A DNA stretch of 64,000 bases, taken from assembly GCA_963666835.2 (NCBI GenBank), contig CAXXGO010000005.1, positions 96,001 through 160,000 on the forward strand, in the 5' to 3' direction. Below, one piece after another: positions 52,665 through 62,494 of the stretch. Position numbers and translations under genes: made by a program. The stretch's first letter is position 1, and every line of letters starts with the position of its first letter. Under the pieces are notes generated by a model. That model worked only from the letters and a program-made list of their open reading frames with translations. It was not told where the DNA came from and made no database searches. The stretch is from Phycisphaerae bacterium. GTDB lineage: Bacteria > Planctomycetota > Phycisphaerae > UBA1845.

Positions 52665-52759
52665 GACCTCACGTTTGCGTATGCGAGTCTCACCATACGC
52701 CGGCCTGAGCCGAGGTTCATTCTTGTTTGGCTGCGGACCGCGGAAGGTCGGGTAAGATC

Positions 52760-52845
52760 TTCCCCCCTTGCCAAGGGGGGATTCAGGGGGGCTGTTTCGA
52801 CGGAGATAAACCTCCCCCGGCCCTTTCTTGGCAAGGGGGGGGGAG
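52760..52845. repeat. CCCCCCTTnnnAAGGGGGG palindromic REP-like doublet
   Basis: ccccccttgccaagggggg ... cttggcaaggggggg between convergent genes. Confidence 0.7.
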
Positions 52846-52877
52846 AAGGGCAACTACCTTACTGGAAAGGGCACTCG

Positions 52878-53291
52878 CTACGGGCCACCGAAGGTCGTCT
52901 GGACGTCGGCGAAATCGCGCAAGTCGACCGTGTTGCTCTGGTCTACATCGAAGCAGACGCATCCAGGCGGCGCGGTTGTGGCCGGGCCTGCGAGGCACGC
53001 CTCGAGTTCGGCATAGTCAACCAGATCCACGTAGCCCGTTGTGTTGCAGTCCCCGGCGGGCGTTTGGAACCAGAACCCACCGGTGAGCACGAGGGTTGGG
53101 CTGGTCAGAGGCGGTCCGGCATCGGGCTGGCCGATGGTCCCCGACAGCTCGAAGTCACCGCCGGTACTACGCATCACGCCGCCGCCATCGACACTCCACC
53201 AATCGAGAGAAAGGTCGCCGGACCCGCTTTCGGTGGCCGCGAAGGCTGCCAACACGATACTCCAAGCGAGCCTCAGAGTTCCATCGAACAT
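52878..53291 (-). CDS. Small secreted protein (DGGG...GTIGQPDAG...GGFW) with dockerin-like C-terminus
   Basis: Signal peptide; GDCNTTGYVDLVDY and DVDQSNTVDLRDF repeats. Confidence 0.8.
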   Translation of the reverse strand: MFDGTLRLAWSIVLAAFAATESGSGDLSLDWWSVDGGGVMRSTGGDFELSGTIGQPDAGPPLTSPTLVLTGGFWFQTPAGDCNTTGYVDLVDYAELEACLAGPATTAPPGCVCFDVDQSNTVDLRDFADVQTTFGGP

Positions 53292-53364
53292 TCTACCTTC
53301 TCCTTGCGTTACGGGCCGGATTCCCAACGGTCTGACCGGCGCGCGTGCCCGCCGGAGGATTCCG

Positions 53365-54957
53365 CTATTCCCCGATCGTTACGATTCCGTTCATTGCCAT
53401 GAAGGTTAGCGGCTTATCATAGGTGAGAGGACCGGAGTACGTTCCGGCCTGGATCTTGATCCGTAACTCCTCCCAGGCTGCGTTGATTCCATCTTCAATC
53501 GTCAAGTGCGGGCACGAGGCCGTGCCCATGGGAATGCCGCACGTCCCGGCTGGGTCGACGTACATGGTACCGCCGATTATCAGGTACCATCCGATCTTGC
53601 TCCAGGACTCTTCGAACTCTCCGTAGACCGCCCAGAAGTTGTCGATGTTGCTGCAGGACAGATCGTCAGGATCGGTAGTGGCGGAGCAGATTCCCCACAG
53701 TTGGCCGGCCAGTTGGCCGGAACCGTTAAACGCTCCCGAGCCGCTCGAGCCTTTCTGAGTCAGCCCGTCAATCTGGTCGTAGGAATCGAAGTCGGTCGGG
53801 TCTTTGGTCCCGCAGCCGATGACGACATCTTCCAGGAAGACCACACGTTTCCAGGATCCCTTGGGGTGGTGGACCCCGTATTGGGCGGAACTCGTGCTCT
53901 CCGTCCAGCCGACCAAGCCGAGTCCGCCGGTCAGGTCGCCGGCCAGCCGCATGAACTCCATATCGTTTTCGTCGTAGCTGCGCAGATGTAGACCGCCTAC
54001 GTTACGCGGAAGACTCCAGTAGGACGGCACGCTAGCCTCATCGTCGCACGTGGCGGTCTGGTAGTTCCACACGACTTCCAGGGTGTCAACCTCGGCCTGA
54101 GTGTGCAGGCAATGCCGGGCAGTCAGGAAATACGGTACGATCGTCTCATTGTCGAGGTCGTTTAACAGGGTTCCGGTGCAGCTATAGCTGTTAGTGCCGT
54201 CGCTGAAACTCATCCGCCCGGTGGCCATCTTGGCCACCCAGTATACGTCATCATCGTGGCAGTTCACGTCCAGATGACAATCGAGCAGATCAGGTCCCCC
54301 CCTTTCGTCGACCGGATCGGCCGGGCTCCGGTCCAGATGGATGATCTCGGCAATTTCGAACCTCGGCTCGCGGATACCGTTGAACTCGACGAAGACCTCG
54401 TCACCCGGAAGCGAAGCGGTCCAGAAGTCGCCGTCACGATCCGGTCCCGTGCCGGCGTACGGCCCGCGTACGATAATCCCGGACTCGCTTGTCGAGTACA
54501 CCAGACCGGATCCCTCGCCGACGTCGAAGTCCGCGAAATGCAGCCGGATTCCATCCGCGCCGGGCGATCTGATCGCGAGTGTCCAGACAGTTTCGCCGTG
54601 ACGTGCTTCCGCTGGCAGCGCATCGGCGATGGTGAGCGCCGGTCCCACGGCTCGGGTTATTCCCACTCGCTCGGGCCCGGGGTATACGTGGGCGTACTTC
54701 TCGGCCGCACGTCGGTCGGCTTCGGCAATGGTGGCGTTGCTCACGCTGCCGAGGTTGTGGATGTTGATGCCCACACGAAAAGCGTCTTCTAGGTTGAGGC
54801 TCACCGGTGGCGGTGGCTCGATCGCCAAGCTTGGTCCGCCGTCCGGGACGATCATGGGGAACGCTTTGTGGATTCCGGGGTCAGGCTCCGGCGTGCCCCG
54901 GGCACCCGCGAGTGCGGTGAGTAGCGCGGCAGTGAATACGCCAACGGCTGCTTTCAT
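53365..54957 (-). CDS. Secreted trypsin-like (lysyl-endopeptidase-like) serine protease
   Basis: CTGTLLN, LTARHC, HHPKG, GSSGSG; signal peptide. Confidence 0.88.
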   Translation of the reverse strand: MKAAVGVFTAALLTALAGARGTPEPDPGIHKAFPMIVPDGGPSLAIEPPPPVSLNLEDAFRVGINIHNLGSVSNATIAEADRRAAEKYAHVYPGPERVGITRAVGPALTIADALPAEARHGETVWTLAIRSPGADGIRLHFADFDVGEGSGLVYSTSESGIIVRGPYAGTGPDRDGDFWTASLPGDEVFVEFNGIREPRFEIAEIIHLDRSPADPVDERGGPDLLDCHLDVNCHDDDVYWVAKMATGRMSFSDGTNSYSCTGTLLNDLDNETIVPYFLTARHCLHTQAEVDTLEVVWNYQTATCDDEASVPSYWSLPRNVGGLHLRSYDENDMEFMRLAGDLTGGLGLVGWTESTSSAQYGVHHPKGSWKRVVFLEDVVIGCGTKDPTDFDSYDQIDGLTQKGSSGSGAFNGSGQLAGQLWGICSATTDPDDLSCSNIDNFWAVYGEFEESWSKIGWYLIIGGTMYVDPAGTCGIPMGTASCPHLTIEDGINAAWEELRIKIQAGTYSGPLTYDKPLTFMAMNGIVTIGE

Positions 54958-54984
54958 AGTTGGTCCTCCCGTCCGAGGTCTGGG

Positions 54985-57900
54985 CTACTGAAGACTTACC
55001 AGGACCAACACCAGTCCCTTGTCGCCGGCCGGAAGCCCGGTCATGGCTTTCCCGATGATCGCGCCGTTGGCCCGGTCATAGTCGGTTACTTTCATGGCGT
55101 ACCCCGGCATATCAGAGGTTGTCAGCAGATCGCCCGGCAAAATCGGGGCATTGGTGGTATTCGCCCGCACGTATACGCGACCCGTAAGGGCTACGGGATA
55201 GGCGCCGTCGGCCACCGTGTCTTGCTGTCCCATCATCATTCCGGTCTCGATCCCCCCGGCGCCGCTTATTATCCCGGCCACTGTGCGATCGTAGGCCCTG
55301 CTACTGATTACGAGCTTCCCCGCGCGCTCCGGATCAATACACACGACCATTCCGGGCTCCGCCGCCGTCCGGCCGGTGTCGACGTCGAATTGCTCCGAGA
55401 GATCGGCGCCCCCCATGATCTGCAGCACATCCACCTGGGTAGTGCCGTCGGTGTTCACCGCGAAGATCTGGCTGCCCCCGCTATACGGATAGACGCGGAC
55501 ACTTCCGTAGAACGCGCCGGCGATGTACGAGCTGGAAGCTACCAGAGCCTTGTAAGGTGACGTGGCATAAACGCCATTACTCTCCACTCCGGTCGCCTCG
55601 GCTCGTAGTCCTACTCCGTTGGGCTTCGTGCCGATGGCTCTAACGCCGACCATCTGGCCCTCAGCTTCGACGCCGATTCCCCCGGGGCTGTTGACGGCCC
55701 TGAACCAACCACCACGGTTCTGCGTGGAGCTGCCGCTACTCGCTGCGGTACCCCGGACCCCGTAGCCTCCGTCCATAGCGGAGCGGAAATCACCTCCGCC
55801 ACTGCCGTTCGTGGAACCGTAGAAGGCTTTACCCGAACCCGAGTTGGAGGCGTAAACTGTCGTAGTGTTGTCACTAGACGCCTGAATTGCCATGCCCGAG
55901 CCTATTGCGCTAAAGTGCGCTGCGGCGGCGTCGGATGAGGCGTTATCGATTATTCCCGTGATCGCCGACGTGGCGTGGCTCGTTCCGCTGTTGGTGATTC
56001 TGAAGGCATCGCCGTCGATCGTCACCGACCTGTCCAGGGGAAGGTTGAAGCTACCTCCGCCTCCTCCCGGTTGCCAGCTTCCGTTGCCGGCGGAGTCGCT
56101 CGTCAACACGTAACCCGACACCGGCGAGTCAGTCAGCGCGAAGCCGTCCACTACGATTCCGCCGGTAACCTCGACGTTCGTTGGGGTTACGGTAAGACGT
56201 TCCGAACCGTTGGCCCCCAGGGTCAGACGAGAGGATGGTCCGCCGGCGAAGATGCGGCAGTGTCCTGCTCCAACACCATCGGTGGCGACGCCCATTTTCA
56301 GGCGGTACGTGCCGCCGCCGATTTTGAAATCTCCTTCAGTGTGAACTACGTCCCAGTTCCCTCCCGCCACGTGGAGAGTAGTCTGAGGATCACTCACTCC
56401 AACGCCGACGTTGGCGGTGTCGTAGTAAATCTCCGAGCCGTTGGTCTGCCACAGTGACTCGCCGCCTGCGCTCGGCGGTTGCCAGGAACCGTTGCCCTGG
56501 GCGTCGCAGGTGAGAACGTAACCGGATTCCGGGTCGTCGGTTAATCGGAAGCCTTCCATCCTGACACCACCGACAACATCCAGCGTTGCGGCCGGATCGG
56601 CGGTGCCGATACCGACGTTGCCGGCATTGTAATAAAGGCTACTTCCTGATTGATGCCACAACTCTGCGGCGCTGACGGCGGCGCTGGTTTGTGTTGTCCC
56701 GTCGGGGAACCTGAAACCGTCGGCCGTGGATTCGATCAGCCCGTTTACCGTCAAGGGTGAGCCGGGCGCGGTCGTACCAATACCCACATTGCCACTGAAG
56801 TAGCCTCTCCCGTCGAAGTAGCCGCCGAAGCCGCCGGCACTGTTGGTCATGCCATACACGCCGTAGTTGAGCCCTGAATCGGCGATCGCCTGGCCTAAGA
56901 CGCCGTAGCCTGAGGAGCTTCGTGAGCGACCCAGCACGCCGACCGTTGCACCCGTGGATGACGTGGCATCCGCATAGACGGTCCGTGCCATCGTACTGTC
57001 GGCTTCGCCGTGAAACGCGTGGGATTGGGCGCCCGAGTGAGTGGCGTGGGCGTGAATGGCCTTCAGACCGTCACTTTCAACGTAGAGGCGGGCGCTCGCA
57101 TCGGCGGGCCCGCCGATTCCGACATTACTGCGGTGGGGCGTGTCGTCTTCGTAGTGAATGCCCTCGTTATCCGAGGTCCAGAGCGAATCTCCCCCTCCGC
57201 CCGCCGGTTGCCACGTGCCGACGCCGGCGGAATCGGCCGTGAGGACGTATCCGGATGTGGCAGATTCTCCGAGGCGGAGGCCGTCCATCTTGACGGTTCC
57301 GCCGACTTCGAGTTTGGCCGCGGGCCACATGAACTCGTCAAGGCCGATTCCGACGTCCCCACCGTTATAGAGAATGCAGCTCTCCCCGATTTGCCAGAGC
57401 GAGTCCCCGCCGCCGGCGGGGGGTTGCCAGCTACCGCAACCGGAGCCGTCGGAGGTCAGAACGTAACCGGCCACCGGCTGGTCGGTGAGCTGGAACCCGG
57501 TCATTTCGACGGTGCCGTAGACGTCCAGCATCGCGGAAGGCTCAATCTCGCCGATGCCGACGTTGCCGGTCGTATAGTAGATGTGGGTTCCCCAGTCCTC
57601 CCAAACCGAGTCCCCGCTGCCCCCGGGTCCGTCGAACGCATAGAGCGCGTACGGTGCCGGGTTGATAGGCTGGCGTGGACTCAGCTCTACGGAGCTCATG
57701 CCCTCTTCGTCGGTTACGGCCACTTCAAGCCAACGCGGCTGACCGTTGAACGCTTCCGGGCCGAACGCCATAGCGTCCACTTCAACGGTAAATAGACCAT
57801 CGACCACGTCCACTCCATCCGGCGTCCAGCAACACCAGCCGACCGGCGCCCCGCCATCGGGGTCGTCCCACAACCCGAATTCGAGGTAGACCACGCCGTT

Positions 57901-58029
57901 ATACGGGTGTCCCAGCTCTTTGAGTTGGCCCTGGTAAGTGAAGACCGGGTCCATTTGTGCAATTACCGGGTTTACGCAGAGCGCGCCGGCAAACAGATTG
58001 CCCCAGGCTGAAATACGTGCCAGTTTCAT
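54985..58029 (-). CDS. Large secreted repetitive fibre-like protein with C-terminal intramolecular-chaperone (Peptidase_G2-like) domain
   Basis: Signal peptide, FTYQGQL N-domain, repeated GNVGIG/GYVLTxD..G.W modules, C-terminal GADLSEQF...VALTGRVYV...PGDLLTTS...IIGKAM. Confidence 0.85.
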   Translation of the reverse strand: MKLARISAWGNLFAGALCVNPVIAQMDPVFTYQGQLKELGHPYNGVVYLEFGLWDDPDGGAPVGWCCWTPDGVDVVDGLFTVEVDAMAFGPEAFNGQPRWLEVAVTDEEGMSSVELSPRQPINPAPYALYAFDGPGGSGDSVWEDWGTHIYYTTGNVGIGEIEPSAMLDVYGTVEMTGFQLTDQPVAGYVLTSDGSGCGSWQPPAGGGDSLWQIGESCILYNGGDVGIGLDEFMWPAAKLEVGGTVKMDGLRLGESATSGYVLTADSAGVGTWQPAGGGGDSLWTSDNEGIHYEDDTPHRSNVGIGGPADASARLYVESDGLKAIHAHATHSGAQSHAFHGEADSTMARTVYADATSSTGATVGVLGRSRSSSGYGVLGQAIADSGLNYGVYGMTNSAGGFGGYFDGRGYFSGNVGIGTTAPGSPLTVNGLIESTADGFRFPDGTTQTSAAVSAAELWHQSGSSLYYNAGNVGIGTADPAATLDVVGGVRMEGFRLTDDPESGYVLTCDAQGNGSWQPPSAGGESLWQTNGSEIYYDTANVGVGVSDPQTTLHVAGGNWDVVHTEGDFKIGGGTYRLKMGVATDGVGAGHCRIFAGGPSSRLTLGANGSERLTVTPTNVEVTGGIVVDGFALTDSPVSGYVLTSDSAGNGSWQPGGGGGSFNLPLDRSVTIDGDAFRITNSGTSHATSAITGIIDNASSDAAAAHFSAIGSGMAIQASSDNTTTVYASNSGSGKAFYGSTNGSGGGDFRSAMDGGYGVRGTAASSGSSTQNRGGWFRAVNSPGGIGVEAEGQMVGVRAIGTKPNGVGLRAEATGVESNGVYATSPYKALVASSSYIAGAFYGSVRVYPYSGGSQIFAVNTDGTTQVDVLQIMGGADLSEQFDVDTGRTAAEPGMVVCIDPERAGKLVISSRAYDRTVAGIISGAGGIETGMMMGQQDTVADGAYPVALTGRVYVRANTTNAPILPGDLLTTSDMPGYAMKVTDYDRANGAIIGKAMTGLPAGDKGLVLVLVSLQ

Positions 58030-58231
58030 GTGTTGTCTCCAGTTTCGAGCGGGCTCCCAGCTACCGGGGGGCGACGTTGGCTACGTCCTTTCCGCCTTGC
58101 CCGCCGGCGTTCGAACCTCGGGGACAAGGGGTTATTCGGACCCTCCAGGTGAGAATCGCCTTGTCTCGTCCATTCAGAAACGCGACAATAGAGACGCAAC
58201 TTCGCAACAGTTGGCGTTTTTTATTCGGCGA

Positions 58232-58816
58232 ATGCCCGTGGACGACGCGAACAGCTCGAACATCACCCAGATGCTGAAACAGGCTACCGGTGGTGATGAC
58301 TCGGCCGTCAGGTGCCTGATGCCGCTGGTATACGACGAGCTGCGGGCTTTGGCGCAAAGCTATCTCCGGCAGGAGCGCTCCGACCACACCTTACAGGCGA
58401 CGGCACTGGTGCACGAAGCGTACGTCCGGCTCATCAGACAGGAAGACGTAGAGTGGCGGAACCGCGCGCACTTCTTTGCCGTCGCAGCCCAGGCGATTCG
58501 GCGAATCCTGGTGGATCATGCCCGGGGGCATGGGCGGCTGAAACGCGGGGGCGGTTTTGAGCGTGTGCGGCTTGATGATGACGTCGCCGTGTCGGAGGAA
58601 ACCGATCTGGACCTGGTTGCGCTCGACGAGTTGTTGGAGAAGCTGGCCGGTTTGCATGAGCGGCAGGCCTGTATCGTGGAACTCCGTTTCTTCGGGGGGC
58701 TGACCCTGAAGGAGGTGGCCGATTACCTAGGCGTCTCGGCCCGGACGGTTGACGGTGACTGGAGCATGGCTCGCGCTTGGTTGCGCCGGGAACTCCGGGA
58801 GGCACCGGAGCTGTGA
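58232..58816 (+). CDS. ECF-type sigma factor (planctomycete kinase-associated type)
   Basis: PLVYDELRALA, HTLQATALVHEAY, IVELRFFGGLT, ARAWL. Confidence 0.93.
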   Translation: MPVDDANSSNITQMLKQATGGDDSAVRCLMPLVYDELRALAQSYLRQERSDHTLQATALVHEAYVRLIRQEDVEWRNRAHFFAVAAQAIRRILVDHARGHGRLKRGGGFERVRLDDDVAVSEETDLDLVALDELLEKLAGLHERQACIVELRFFGGLTLKEVADYLGVSARTVDGDWSMARAWLRRELREAPEL

Positions 58817-61452
58817 CCCCGGAACGATACGAGCAGGTCCGTGAGCTGTTTCTGGCCGTTCGTGCGAAGAGTCTGGCGGAGCGGGTCGAGTTTCTCACCC
58901 AGGCCTGTGGCGGTGATTACGCGTTGCGTGCGGAAGTGGAATCGCTGCTCGAAAGCAACGCGGACGCCGATAGCTTCCTGCAAGAACCGATTCTGGGAAA
59001 CGGGTTCGGTGCCTTGAGCCCGGAATCTCTGATTGCGAATGAGGACGGGGGGAGAATGCCGGCGCCACCGGGTGGCTCGGGCAGGGTGCGGTCCCCGTAC
59101 CTTCCGCACGCCATCGGCCAGTACGAGATTTTCGATGTTCTCGGAGAGGGCGGCATGGGAATCGTATACCGAGCTCGACAGGAGAACCCGCGCCGCACGG
59201 TGGCTCTAAAGGTCATAAAGCCGGGGGGCGATTCCCGGCACATGCGCAAGCGGTTTGAGTATGAGGGGCAGGTGCTTGGCTGGTTGCAGCACCCGGGTAT
59301 CGCGCAGATTTTCGAAGCGGGAACGGCGGAGACCATCGGCGGTCCGCGGCCGTTCTTCGCCATGGAGCTCATTCAAGGCCGCCCCCTCACGGAGTACGTT
59401 CGTTCTCTCCGGCTGGGCGTACGATTGCGACTCGAATTGATGGTCAAAGTGTGTGACGCCGTTCATCATGCGCATCAGAAGGGTGTGATCCATCGGGACC
59501 TCAAGCCGGGCAACATCCTGGTAGACGAAAACGGTCAGCCGAAGGTGCTGGACTTCGGCGTGGCCCGAGCTACGGATGCCGACATCCGGACGGCAACTCT
59601 TCAGACAGACGTGGGACAGCTTGTTGGTACCCTGGCGTACATGAGTCCCGAGCAAATGGGAGCGGACTCGGGCCGGCTGGATACGCGTTCGGACGTGTAC
59701 TCGCTCGGAGTTATCTGCTACGAATTGCTCACCGGCCGGGTCCCCCACGATATCTCCCGCAAGACGATCCCCCAAGCCGCGCGCCTGATCGCAGAAGAAG
59801 ATCCGCCTTCGCTCGGCGCGCTTGATCGGTCTTTGCGCGGAGATGTGGATACGATAGTCACAAAGGCTCTGGAGAAGGACAAGGACCGGCGGTATCAGTC
59901 GGCGTCCGATCTCGCCGAGGACATCCGCCGGCACCTTGCGGATCAGCCCATTGCCGCGCGGGCGGCGACCACGGTCTATCAACTTCGCAAGTTCGCCAGG
60001 CGTAACAAGGCTCTGGTGGCCGGCCTGGGCATTGCGTTTGCGGCGCTTAGCGGGGGCCTGGTCCAAGTAACCCTCGAACGCAATAGGGCGGTGGCGGCGG
60101 AGAGACTTGCCGAGCAGCGCCGCGGCGAGGCGGAGACACAGCGAGTTGCGGCTGAACAGCAAGCAGCGATTGCCCGGGCGATTAATGAGTTCCTGAACGA
60201 CGATCTTCTCGCGGCCGCGGGCCCTCTGCGCACGCCGGACCGGCAGATCACTGTGCGCGAAGTGCTGGATGCCGCGTCGAAGAACATTGCCGGCAAGTTC
60301 ACCGATCAGCCGGAGACCGAGGCGTCAATCCGCAATACGTTGGGAAGAACTTACGAACACCTGGGGGAGTACGATGCGGCGAAGGTGCATCTGACCGAAG
60401 CCTTGAGACTCTATCGAGAATCTCGGGGAGATCAGGACCTGAATACGTTCAACGCGATGGAAGAGCTTGCTCTGGTTTTCAGAAGGCAAGCGGCATACGA
60501 AGAGGCCGAGGAGCTGTTCCGCGAATCGCTCGAGGGTAAACGTGAGCTGCTGGGTGACGCGCACCTCGAAACTGCGATCGCCATGAACGACTTGGCCACC
60601 CTCTACCATACGCAAGGGCGGCATGCCGAGGCCGAACGGCTCTACCTGGAGTCGCTTAGCGTGCGACGTCAGTTGTTTGGTGAGAACCACCCCGAGACCG
60701 CGGCCTGCGTGTGTAACCTGGCGAATCTGTATCAAGTTCTCGGGCGGTACGATGAGGCCGAGAGGTTGCATGTCGGTGCTTGGGCGACGCGCAAGCAAGC
60801 TCTCGGCGAGGAGCATGTGGACACTCTGATGTCCATGAACTCGCTCGCCAAGGTCTACAACAGCAAGGACGAGCCTGACCGGGCCGAACGGCTCTGGCGA
60901 GGGGTCCTCGAGGTCCGCCGCCGTACGCTCGGCGAGGGGCATCCGGACACGCTTAAGACCATGAACAACCTGGCCGTGCTCTATCTCAAGGTAGGCCGAT
61001 ACGAAGAGGCAGAGCGGATGTCGTCGGCGGTGCTTGACGCTCAACGTGCCGTGCTGGGCGAACAGCACCCTCACGTCTTGGTGTCTATCTACAACCTGGC
61101 TGACGTCTACTTGCAAATGGGCCGGCTCGAGCAGGCGGCCGCTATGTTCGAAGAGGCCATCGTCGGAAGCCGGAGTTCTTTGCCTGACGGTCACTGGTAC
61201 ACGGGCGTGTTCCTGAGCAAGTTCGGCGATTGCCTGAATCGGCTGGGGCGGTTCGCGGAGTCGGAGACTGCCCTGATTGCAGCACATCAGAACCTCTCCG
61301 CCTCTCTCGGTGTTGACCACGATCGAACCAGATCGGCTGCCGCTGCGATAGCTGATCTGTATGACGCGCGGGGGAAGGCCGATCGAGCCGCAGAATGGCG
61401 GGAGACGCTGTCGGCGGCGAAGGCGACGGAGGCCGCGGCCCCCGGGTCGTGA
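58813..61452 (+). CDS. Ser/Thr protein kinase with TM and TPR repeats
   Basis: GEGGMG, VALK, HRDLKPGN, DFG, YMSPEQ; TPR_10/12-like repeats; GTGA overlap with the sigma gene. Confidence 0.96.
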   Translation: MTPERYEQVRELFLAVRAKSLAERVEFLTQACGGDYALRAEVESLLESNADADSFLQEPILGNGFGALSPESLIANEDGGRMPAPPGGSGRVRSPYLPHAIGQYEIFDVLGEGGMGIVYRARQENPRRTVALKVIKPGGDSRHMRKRFEYEGQVLGWLQHPGIAQIFEAGTAETIGGPRPFFAMELIQGRPLTEYVRSLRLGVRLRLELMVKVCDAVHHAHQKGVIHRDLKPGNILVDENGQPKVLDFGVARATDADIRTATLQTDVGQLVGTLAYMSPEQMGADSGRLDTRSDVYSLGVICYELLTGRVPHDISRKTIPQAARLIAEEDPPSLGALDRSLRGDVDTIVTKALEKDKDRRYQSASDLAEDIRRHLADQPIAARAATTVYQLRKFARRNKALVAGLGIAFAALSGGLVQVTLERNRAVAAERLAEQRRGEAETQRVAAEQQAAIARAINEFLNDDLLAAAGPLRTPDRQITVREVLDAASKNIAGKFTDQPETEASIRNTLGRTYEHLGEYDAAKVHLTEALRLYRESRGDQDLNTFNAMEELALVFRRQAAYEEAEELFRESLEGKRELLGDAHLETAIAMNDLATLYHTQGRHAEAERLYLESLSVRRQLFGENHPETAACVCNLANLYQVLGRYDEAERLHVGAWATRKQALGEEHVDTLMSMNSLAKVYNSKDEPDRAERLWRGVLEVRRRTLGEGHPDTLKTMNNLAVLYLKVGRYEEAERMSSAVLDAQRAVLGEQHPHVLVSIYNLADVYLQMGRLEQAAAMFEEAIVGSRSSLPDGHWYTGVFLSKFGDCLNRLGRFAESETALIAAHQNLSASLGVDHDRTRSAAAAIADLYDARGKADRAAEWRETLSAAKATEAAAPGS

Positions 61453-61829
61453 TCGGCCCTTGTTCACGGCCTCCGAGGCTCCTGTTCCGGGCCACCAGAG
61501 TGGGATCTCCGGCTTACGGACCGCCGGATCATCCGTCCTCCCGGTTGCACCTTGTCGACGGGGCTGCCCTCAATCCGGTCCGGAGCCCGGGAACCGCTTC
61601 TTTCTCGGACTCCAAGGCGCGGCGGCCCTTGCGGCAGTTTTTGCCGATCGGGACGCTGCTGAGGGCTTTCTCCGGGAGACGTGATACGCTACAATCTTGA
61701 AAACCGACGGCGGGGCGAGAATCCCGCTTGCGGTCGGGGGCTCGGTCCTATATACAGGGCCTCCCCGGAAGGCTGGCTGCCCGGCCTGACGGAGCTTCGA
61801 CGATAGCTGCGACAGGCGGGGAGAGAACC

Positions 61830-61903
61830 GGCGGCGTACCCAAGTGGACTAAGGGGACGGATTGCAAATCCGTTATTCATGGGTTCGAATCCCATCGCCG
61901 CCT
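61830..61903 (+). tRNA. tRNA-Cys(GCA)
   Basis: GGCGGCG/CGCCGCC stem, acgga-ttGCAaa-tccgt. Confidence 0.95.
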
Positions 61904-62001
61904 TTCGTGGTGTTCTACGACCGTCTCGGCCCCATGCGCGGAGGGGTTCGCGCGGACCCTAGGGGGGGGGCGGTCACGATTGCCCAGCGAAGCTACGTGT
62001 T

Positions 62002-62074
62002 GCGGGCGTAGCTCAATTGGTAGAGCATCAGCCTTCCAAGCTGAATGTTGACGGTTCGAGTCCGTTCGCCCGCT
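62002..62074 (+). tRNA. tRNA-Gly(TCC)
   Basis: GCGGGCG/CGCCCGC stem, tcagc-ctTCCaa-gctga. Confidence 0.96.
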
Positions 62075-62494
62075 GTTTGACGGTGGTTGCCTTTCGTCCA
62101 TAACTCTTGCTAGTTACGTCACTTACAACACTCCGCTCTTCCGGATCCGATGACGCGCTTTTGTCAGCAGATGCCCCGAATATGCGCCGTTTGCCGGGGT
62201 CTGGGGTAAGGACGGGTGTAAGCAAACTCGTCCCCTTTCGACTTGGCCGGTCGCGCTCTGCTGAGGCTCGGTAAGACGTTCTGTGCCCCGGAAGCGTCCG
62301 TAGGTCTCGGCCGGTTGGGGCTTACGAGAGCATGAAGTGTGCTGGGACGGAGACGCCTGCCCATCAACGGCCACGCAGGGGCTCGCGACGGCGCGGCAGC
62401 GCAACAAGAGGCAGGGGCGGATCGGCACGTGGGTCCGATCCGCCCCGTTTATATTCGAGCCGACAGTGGACTTCGGGCTCCACAAGCGTGTGGG

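Noticed and set aside
54985..58029. Prophage tail fibre
   Set aside because: It has a signal peptide and there are no phage structural or packaging genes nearby
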